Source: Microbotryum violaceum
Lineage: Eukaryota
NCBI GenBank assembly: GCA_001244265.2
Contig: CDLV01000008.1
Location: forward strand, 558,001 to 622,000
Direction: 5' to 3'
DNA length: 64,000 nucleotides
Part shown: positions 55,302 through 64,000 of the stretch, in pieces
Layout: each line of letters begins with the position of its first letter
Numbering within the stretch: the stretch's first letter is position 1
Program-made: the position numbers and the translations under genes
Notes under the pieces: model-generated
What the model was told of the DNA's origin: nothing
What the model saw: only the letters and a program-made list of their open reading frames with translations
Databases searched by the model: none

Positions 55302-55388
55302 CACCTGGGCTTTCGGGGCTACCAACTAATTTTTCCTCTCCCCCTCTTCGGGGTGACTTAATTTTTGGATTTGGCCGACTTGAAAAAG

Positions 55389-58300
55389 GAAACTCCTATT
55401 GGATGGACAACAACAACAACACCAACAACAACACCAACAACGCCAGCCATGCTGCTATACCACCTCTTCGCCCTGACCCTCCCGATCCTCCCGGCCAAGC
55501 CCCCGCCACCACCACCAAATCATACTCCGCCGCGGTCGGCGCCCGCTCCGCTGCGAAGCACGGAAACGCCACCGCCAACGCCTCGACTGCCGTCGCCGCC
55601 CATCCACTGATGCACAACATCGAGAATTGTGTCATCATCAACACCCCACCCTCAACCTCGGTCGAGCAAGTCCTCCTCGCGCTTGACAAATACTACCCTG
55701 GCCTTACCGGCGCAATGCCATGCGTCATCAAGGGTCAGCGCGGCCTCCGCTTTCCCAAGGCCGCCGATCTCGACACCCTGGTGGCCAACGGCCTCACTGT
55801 TGGCAAGACTCTGTGCAAAGTCGAGAAGCTGTACAGCTCTACTAGAGGAGGTGTTGTACAATGCACCCTTACGGGCTTTTTCTCCGACCCCGAGGGCCTC
55901 TGCCTATTCGATGAGCAGATCGCTGCTTACGGCACGGTCCTCCGTCGTCGCATCCAATACATTGGAAAGACGAAACACATCTCTGGGGTGTACGACTTTA
56001 TCCTTTCCCTTAAGGATGTAGATGTTTTGCCCCCTGCCTCACTTTCTATTGCTCGTGACGGTGTCACTGAGCGAATCCCACTGAGGATCACCGGTGGCAT
56101 GCGCCACTGCGTCTTCTGCCGTTCCGCGGCTCACGTCCGTAAGGATTGCCCCGTCGCCCCGGCGTGCAAGTCCTGCGCGAGCACCTCGCACGCCACCCAG
56201 CACTGCCCGGCCCGTTATGCGTCGAGCCCCCAGGGACCCCCCACGTCACGTGCCCCGCAAGCCTCCACCGCTACCACCGCCGCCCCCGCCGCCGTGTCCA
56301 AGTCGATCTCCCCGGCCTCCGCCCACGACCGCATGACCAAAAAACGTCGAGTGGAACAGGATCTGGCAGCCCAGACTGAAGATCTGCCCAACAGAGCTCA
56401 GCCCGATTCTCTGTCGAAGAATGCCCGCCCCGAGTTCTCCTTCAATTTCCCTTGCAAAACTGCCACTCCTCCTGCCCCCAGCCTGCCTCCAATCAGGGAA
56501 TTGCCTACTCCCTCGTTGAAAAATCCTCCGAGTCCCCCAGCTCAGAGACCACCTCTCCATCCCCAAGCCCTCCTCCGGCCACGCCAAAGTCGATCATAAC
56601 TCGATCCAAGTCGATTGCCGCCCTCTCCAAGCCAGCCACTCGTGAAGCCCCTCCCACTGCGCCTGCCCTCGAAGCCTCCGAGCCGAGCCCGAGCCGTCTT
56701 CGCCCACGCCGTTGCCCTCAGCCGCGCCCAAAGCCCGACCCGATGACGCCGACACCGACGACGAGGCCGACGAAGAAGCCGAAGACCAAGAAGCACCTCC
56801 TAAGGACGTGGAAGACGCTATGGACCAAGATGATGAGCACAACTAAAATCCCAAACGTGTCTTTTGTTGCTGCCAACGTGCAGTCAATCAATGAAGACCG
56901 TAAGCGTGCCTCTCTTTTCTCCAATCTCCGCTCCCATAACGCCGACGTCTTTCTCCTGAGCGAAACTGGCCAACCTTCCCCCGAAAGGGTGGCCCAGTGG
57001 ACTCAGGAGTGCCAAGACTTAAAGCTCTCCGCTCTTTTCACTCCTTTCAACAACACTGCCATACTTTGGAAGAGCGACTCCGTGGTCATTACTTTTGATC
57101 CCGAGTCGCCTCCAAACACTCTTCGTGCCTCTTTCTCTTTCCCGGACCGAGTCACCGACGCCACCTTTTGTGTGGGTGATTCAAAAGTCCGGGTTGTACC
57201 AATATACGCGCCTTCCTCCGACAAGCCAGACAAAAAACGCTTCCTCTCACACCTCAGCACCGCCCTCCGACAAGTTGTACGTGACGAACCCTCGCCGCCT
57301 GCGCTCCTAGTCGGGGGGACTGGAATTGTGTTGAGTCCCAGCCCCTCGATTCGGAGAACCAAAACGGAACGAATTATGGGGGTCAGGAGATGCGCGACCT
57401 TGCCACGGCCAACAATCTTTTCGACGCCTATCGGCTCCATCATCCCAAAGGACGAGCCACGACGAATCGCTCAGCGCCCGGCACGTGCCGTCGCCTTGAC
57501 CGCATCTATGTCTCGCCTGATTGGGTCGACCTCTTCCATGATCACAAAATTTGGGCTCCTGTCCTCAAATCGACGCACTCAATGGTTGTGGCACGGTTCC
57601 AAGTGCCGGGCGCAATCGACATCGGTCCGGGCAAATTCAAGCTGGGTTTGTACGTGATCGAGGGCGACGCGACCTGCGAGTACCTCACCTCCATTGTCCG
57701 CACCCTTTACAACAAAGCCCTCCTCCAGACGCCCAACGATCCACCAGCAGCTTGGACGTCCACCAAACACCGCCTGCTGCCCGAGCTGCAGGCTCTGGCC
57801 CGGACTTTCGCTCGATTCCGTCGTGGCGGGTCGGAGCAAGAGAGGGCTGACCACTCGCGCTACGGCGCGGCCCTGCGGTCCCGCCTCGACCCATCTCTGG
57901 CGGGTCCCTCTTCCATCTTCATCCGCCTGCGCAAAGTGCGAGCATCCGACCTGATCTCTTCGCTCACGGTCAACGATGTTGTTCATTCCGACCCTGATTC
58001 CGACCCTGATTCGATGCTTGGAGCGGCCAGCGACTACTTCGAGCGGGTCTATGAGGACCGCCCCATCGATGACGCGGCCCTGAAGGCGATCATCGACGGC
58101 CTCGCTTCAACTCGCCTCTCCCCGCGGACTCACTCAAGCTCGAAGAAGCGTACCCGTTGGAGGAGATGACAAAGGCTCAAGCGGCGTGTAAGTCGAACTC
58201 TTCGCCAGGGCCTGACGGCCTCCCGGTTGAGTTTTATCGCGCTACGTGGCCGGCCACTGGCCCGATTCTTCGAGACGTCATCAACTCGATCCCCACCGAG

Positions 58301-60579
58301 GCCCGTCAGCCTGGACCTCTTCCCCGCAACACCGCCCACATCCATCTCATCCACAAACGCGGCGAGAGGGATCAGCTTTCGAACAAACGCCCCATATCGC
58401 TCATCAATGCGGACGAGCGCATCATCTCGCAAGCCCACAACCAGCGCCTCGCTCCCTTGCTCGAGTCCCTGATCGGCCCAACCCAACGTGGCTTTGTTCC
58501 GAACCGTTGGATCGGCACGAACATCGCTGAAGTCCAATGTCTCATGGACCCTGGACTTCCGGGCTCTCTGGCATGCTAGCGGTGATGGACTTTGAAAAGG
58601 CTTACGATCGTCTTTCCCACCCGTACCTTGATGCAGTCCTCTGCGCCGTTGGCCTCGGCCCCAAAGCCCGCCAATGGTACCGAGCGACCTACACCAACCA
58701 ATCTGCATCGGTCTTCCTCAACGGTTGGCTCTCTGCCACTTTCGACATCTTGTCGGGCGTTCGGCAAGGTGATCCTTTGGCTCCGTCTCTCTTCGTCCTG
58801 GCGATCGAAGGTTTTGCCTGTCAGATTCGATTGAGAGTCAAGGGCATCGATATTGCGGGCCTCCAAAACGTTCGCGAACTCCTTTTTGCCGACGACGCTT
58901 GCTGCGCACTCCACAACCTCTCGGACCTCGACCACCTCAATCGGGCGATTGAGCTTTACGAACGGGCAAGTGCCAGCAAGCTCAGCAACGTCAAATCTTT
59001 CCTCTACCCCTTGGAGCTTTTCGGGATCGGTCTATCGCCCCAGATCTCGGGACCTGGCGTCTCAGCGATTCGCAGTTTCGCTACCTTGGTATTCAGGTCG
59101 GGGTGGAGATCGCCGAGGATGCGGGCTGGGAAGATGTCAAGGCCTCGACCATCGCTCGGATACGCTCAATTCCGATGTACGATCTCCCATATGCAGCCAA
59201 GTGTTCGATCATCAACATCTACTGCTACACAAAGATCTTGTACTACAGCCGATTCCTTCCCGCCCCCAAGAGCGTTGTCAAGGAGATCGAGGAGGCCGCC
59301 ATGCTCGCCATTCACGGTCGAGCTTCGGATGGTACTCAGCGACGTCCGAAGGTCTCCCGGTCGCACCTCTGCGCCCCTCTTGATCACGGCGGCTTCGGTT
59401 TGATTGATATGCCTCGGCGTCTAGCAATCGATCACGCGAAGTGGGTCTTCCAGCTCCGGGCCCCGGACGGCTGCTTCACACGCCACCTCTTCGACATCCG
59501 CATCCGCCTCCAGGCACCAAACGAACCAACCCCTTTCACCTTGTCCAGACCGGCCCCCAACCAGCATCGTTGCCCTTGGATTTGGATCTGGTGGGCACAA
59601 TTTTGCCACCCTCCCCCAAAGTGGGACCATGTGGTGAGAAAAACGACAAAACTTCTTCCTGCTCGTTGGGTCCGATACTTCGAAGCCTGGGCGTCGGTGA
59701 CCACGCTCAATCCCCCGGAACTCTCCAAGAGTCAGAACCTCGAGCAATGGGCGACGCACGTACTCTATCTTCCAGCGGGCCACGGAATACAACTCTCGGT
59801 AAACCCGACGCTTTTTCGAGGGCCCGATGGCGAGGTGATGACCCCGTCTTCGTTTGTGAACGCGTCCAAACGCCACCAAGTCTTCATCTTCCCCCTTATC
59901 TTCCCCAAGGGACACCAGAAGGTATTCGATTTGCCTGAGCAACGCTGGAACGCTTGGTGGAAGGCTTTGCGCAAGGTTCGCCGGGTTCACTCGGACGCCG
60001 AGGATATCGGCCACCTTCTCTCCCTGGGGTCCCTCCATCCGGGAAGCCAAGTCACCTCCCCAACCAGCCCACATCCCAACAATCGATCTACCTCCTGTGT
60101 GATGTGCCTCTCGGAAGCACCCGAGTGCCTGGTTCACCTCGCGGTCGGCTGCCCATTTGCCCGGCGCCTCTGGTCTGCTCTGTCCCCGACCCCCCACCCA
60201 GTCTTTGTGGACTTTGTATGCCCGGTCGTGTCTCGCTCGGAACGTCGACTTGTCGAACTACGAGTCCTCTTCTTTCACTCGATCTGGAAGCTGTGTCGCC
60301 GTCGTCGATTCTCGTCGGATCTTTTGGAACCGATCACCGAAACGGAGTTCGAGGGGCTTCGAGCCTCTATCCAGGAGTCCAAGGGTCGCCTAGTGTCTCT
60401 GTAAGACACCAAAGGGGGTTTTAGTGGGTATGGTTGATCCTGGTTCAGGGTCAATGAGTCTTACACTACTGGCTTCTGTCAGTGTGCGTAACAGCATTCC
60501 CTCCGACTTTTCCGAAGATTTCTAGGCATCAATATAATTATGCTGTTAATGAAGTCTACCAAATAAATAAATAAATAAA
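55389..60579 (+). mobile_element. Full-length L1-clade non-LTR retrotransposon (ORF1 from 55403; ORF2 ~56833-60404), frameshifted as assembled
   Basis: 14-nt leader GAAACTCCTATTGG-ATG. ORF1 has CCHC knuckles. ORF2 has APE, RT (FADD) and a CxxC...H...C finger. Ends in a (TAAA)n tail. Confidence 0.97.
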
Positions 60580-60886
60580 GTCCTGCCCCGGACCGCGCAA
60601 GACCTCCCAAGACCACCTCGCAGACGGCGACATGTCACGTGCGCCATCCGGGCCATGAATTCGGCTTTCGAAGCTTCGATGCTAACCGCCAACCTGCCAA
60701 TATTGACATGCCAATGGCCGGTCGATTCTGCACGGGGCAATTTCAGGCATTATACTCGCCTGCCTTCAGAATTGATGTTCAGTGAAGTCGATAATCCCGG
60801 AAGCTCTCTAGCTGAAGGTTTACTCAACGAAAAATAGGGGCCGACCAGGAGCAGGGTCTGGACACTCCCTTGTTGCGGATGCAGTA

Positions 60887-62157
60887 CAGTCAAACCTGAG
60901 AAAATTTATATTTTTGGTGGACGGATTTTCCCATAAATTAAGACAGGTATAAGCTTGGAGAGTTCGGCTTCAGATCAGTACATTATGACCTGAAACTCCG
61001 TGTTTGAGCTTCCTACATCAAATCAAGAATTTTCGTGCATCGTTTGAGTCGATACATTGACTTTTTGAGGGGTAGGAAATTCAGAAGGCCCGAATTACTG
61101 AATTGCAGCCAATGTACGGCCTCTACTGAGGCATGATGACATCTAACAAGTTTAGAAAGCTCCAAGAAAAAATGTCTTGACCTACTGACGCTGGAAATAC
61201 GAAGTCATTGTCGTCTGAATCCTCGCGGCATCCTGCTCGGCAACAAGAGTCCTGCGAATCCTCCTAGCCTCGTGCTCAAAAGAAATCAAACACGTTGGAC
61301 ATGAGTGCCCATTCATAGCAAACCTAAGGAAAACATCAAGGGCTGAGATTGCCTCCTTCAGCGTCGTTCGCTCCGCCGGTCGGAGCTCTGTCTCCGCTTC
61401 CTCCTTTCCTCCTTCTCCCTCGCAATTCTCCTCCAACTCTTCGGCAATGACCCCAGGTCCACAATCTCCTGATCGGTCATTTCAGCCCCCCCAGCAAGGT
61501 TCTCCTCCACCACATCGACGAGAAAGTGGATACTCATCTTCTCGTTGCTCGTAACTATCCCCTTTTCGACCAGCTCATCGTTCGCCGTCTTTAGAGCGTT
61601 CATCGCGTTGATGATGCCGCGATCGCCACCGAGAGGCCCGCGACCGTTGGGAAGAGGTGTAGCGTCGATCGATCTTTTCTTCTTGCAATCAGACAAGCTT
61701 TGAGCGTGGCGTCAGCAGTTGAATTCCGGGAAGGGAATGAGACCATGATGATATGAAGAGGAGTTTCTGATGAGGGCTTCTCGGATTGTGAAGATGTTCA
61801 TTTCGGCGTCGTTGTTCGTTCTCGGCGGAAGAGGAGAGAGAAGCACGTCGCGACTAATAGCCTGTCAACGGGTCAACCGCCGCCTTTGCTCTACTGTGCT
61901 CGCTTCTCGACTGTTTCGGGGCATTTCGGACTGTTCCAGCAAGCGGCTCGTCAACAAGACCGCCGAAGGAGAGGCCAATTCCTGATCTATCGCTCATTTC
62001 CGGCTCTCTCTTATCTTATAATTTGACCTGTAAACCCATAAATCATAAGGTATAAGATTGGACAGGTTCTGTCAGCCAAAAAAGTCGGGAGATTGAAAAG
62101 TCCATAAATTTTGCCAGGTATAAGATTGGGCGATATAAATTTTCTCAGGTTTGACTG
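60887..62157 (-). mobile_element. Non-autonomous pogo/Tigger-type Tc1-mariner element (1271 bp)
   Basis: TIR CAGTCAAACCTGAGAAAATTTATAT at both ends and TA duplication (60885-60886, 62158-62159). Residual C-terminus ...QTTMTSYFQRQ (61182-61436) resembles pogo/CENP-B transposases. Confidence 0.9.
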
Positions 62158-62159
62158 TA

Positions 62160-62620
62160 GCAGCTCTGGGAGTCTCGGCCCCGAGCTTGGGCACGTTGCC
62201 TCTGGTTGCGAGGATGCCGATCGTAGTCACGAAGAATCTGGCCAAACAACTGGAAAATGTTAACGGATTTACAGGCGTTGTGTACGGGGTGCTTTCTGAG
62301 CCTTGTCGAAACAAACAGGTAGCTGTGTGCCTGCTCGTGCGGCCGGGGCGAACCGTGGACCGTCCCGAGATATGCAAATCCAGGGGCTGCCAAAAGGTCC
62401 CTATTGTTGCGGAAAGGGAGACCTTCGCCATTCCGAAGGGGGCACCCAAGTTTAGCTTTACCTGACGCAAGGTGCCTTTGCAGCCATTTATGCTCCAACT
62501 AACTATGAAGTGCAGGGTCAGGCCCTTGGAAAAATTGTCGCGTGCCTTGATTCAACGACGTCGCTTCCCGGTCGGTCCGTCGCGCTATCCCGAGTGAGGA
62601 AGAGTGAAAATCTTCACGGT
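62160..62620 (+). pseudogene. PIF1-family helicase C-terminal relic (Helitron-like)
   Basis: LPLVARMPIVVTKNLA...NG.TGVV, R.VPLQP, QGQALGK and VALSRV motifs, with a stop and frameshifts. Confidence 0.7.
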
Positions 62621-63699
62621 TTGTTCTCTAGTGGAATCTGATGATGACCACGACTCAGTCCAATGGACAGGGATGAGAATAGAGTGGCCAGAGACTAAGG
62701 GACAGACTCGCGAAAGGCTAACTAGTAAAGCGCTGCAATAATAGAGGAACTAAGGAGACAGTTAGAGCTGGGAGATTGAGATACCAACGGGCCAAATGAA
62801 GGCACGTTGGGCTCAATCCCAAGAGATGTTGTAATCGGATGAGAACAGTGAAACCAGCTATCCTTGACAAAAACTTGATTTGATTTGGCCAATGGGATGC
62901 GGCAACGGCGTGAAACTTGGTAGACGGTGACCGGCAAGCAGATTGACAAGGTTGGCTTCCGGAATACCGGAAAGGGTGATTCTTTGTTTCGCATGGACGG
63001 CATCGATCTGTGCGACATCGGCCGCTCAGAAAGAACAGCGCGCTCGGCGTCCGAGTCGTTGTGATCATAGAACGCAGTTCTCGAGCCTTTGATCGCCGAA
63101 GAGAGTAGCCTTGCGGGTTGTGAGTCTGGCAGAAATTGCGCAGTTTCTGTTGACGTTGGACAAGACGAGCTGTCTCAACGAGTATTTGAGTCCTGACCAC
63201 TAGATCCTCCGAGTCGTCAAGTGATGCGAGGCACCAGATCTGTTCGGTCCATAGTAAGGGTACTGTACTCGTTCGTCAGGTTGGCACGAGCGACTGGCCA
63301 TTTTTAAGCCAAGCTCCGAGAGGCTGTCCAGTGACTCGGCGCCGAGAGGCACTACTAAAACACGTGAACTGGAAAAGATGCCATCCCCGCAGGGAAGGGG
63401 AGGGGGGGGGGGAAAACACAAATCATGCCGCTTGATAACAAGGACTGGTTTGTCGGACCGACAGAGCACTGTTCGTGACAGCTTAACTACTCCAAGATGC
63501 TATGAGGAGGGCTGTACCATAAGCTACTGTGATGTCGATGTTCGTACATAGCTATCAGAAGAAGCCCACGCCTACAGGACGTTGTACTTCGCGCCGTGAC
63601 CCGTTCTGCGCTCCCAAGCTCGCCCCCCAATTCTCGTTGAACAAACTTCCAGCTCTAAAGAGCTTCAAGAATCACTGGAAGAGTCGGAGGAGATGCAAC

Positions 63700-64000
63700 T
63701 AAGCACACTGGCTAAGCCAATAGTGTAGGACTCGTCGATACCGCAACAGAACCAACCATACCCCCTGAAAACCCCTTGAGTGTTGTCGCAAAGATACGAG
63801 GCGACTCTTGGACGCCTAGCTCGAGCGAGGCCCGTACATCCTCGAAAGCCGTTTCGGTGATCGGCATCAAAGGTTCCGACGAAAATCGGCCGCGGCGGGA
63901 AAGCTTCCAGATCAAGTGGAAAAAAGAGCACGTGACTCGACCAGTCCACCCTCCGAGGGAGAGACAACCGGGCATACGACCTCGGAAAGAGCGGGGTGAG
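63700..64000 (-). mobile_element. Diverged 3' fragment of a related LINE subfamily, running off the window end
   Basis: FFHLIWKLSRRGRFSSEPLMPITETAFE versus FFHSIWKLCRRRRFSSDLLEPITETEFE. Shares the 3' UTR motif TAGTGTAGGACTC...AACCATACCC. Confidence 0.85.

Larger units (their letters stand above)
30374..55304. mobile_element. Composite KDZ (Kyakuja/Dileera/Zisupton) transposon, ~25 kb; native part 30374-41025 plus 55093-55304
   Basis: TIRs at 30374-30511 and 55163-55301 (CACCTSTGGCTATATA...). Direct repeat CTGGGCTTTC at 30364-30373 and 55305-55314. A KDZ transposase lies inside. Confidence 0.8.

Noticed and set aside
55202..55402. N-terminal extension of LINE ORF1 starting within the TIR
   Set aside because: Chance open frame. 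The other copy shares sequence only from GAAACTCC, so the real ATG is 55403.
56452..58600. Programmed frameshifting in LINE ORF2
   Set aside because: Several breaks fall in or near homopolymer runs. Shared consensus error or a defective parent copy is simpler and cannot be resolved without reads.

Overview
This window is intron-rich eukaryotic DNA from a basidiomycete fungus; gene style suggests Pucciniomycotina/Microbotryomycetes, which is an inference. It holds about 12 ordinary spliced host genes: PP1/GLC7, mitochondrial AsnRS, UBC4, an Mgr3-like TPR protein, PCMT, a Ysc84-domain protein, a Cys-rich membrane protein, a HECT_2/IPA1-like protein, AFG1 ATPase, CWC21, a HAD phosphatase and TFIIE-alpha. 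These are interleaved with nested transposons: two P-element-like copies, four pieces of one L1-clade LINE plus a diverged relative, a Kyakuja-Dileera-Zisupton (KDZ) transposon with accessory genes, a pogo-type derivative and a PIF1/Helitron helicase relic. The main finding is a ~25-kb unit (30374-55304) bounded by ~138-bp terminal inverted repeats and a 10-bp direct repeat (CTGGGCTTTC). It consists of a ~10.9-kb KDZ transposon carrying an inserted 14-kb circularly permuted block (LINE 5' half, four housekeeping genes, LINE 3' half), joined at C-run microhomologies. The junctions, swapped LINE target-site duplications and a split palindrome let the history be reconstructed. Exon boundaries were read by eye. 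Several single-base homopolymer indels look like assembly errors.
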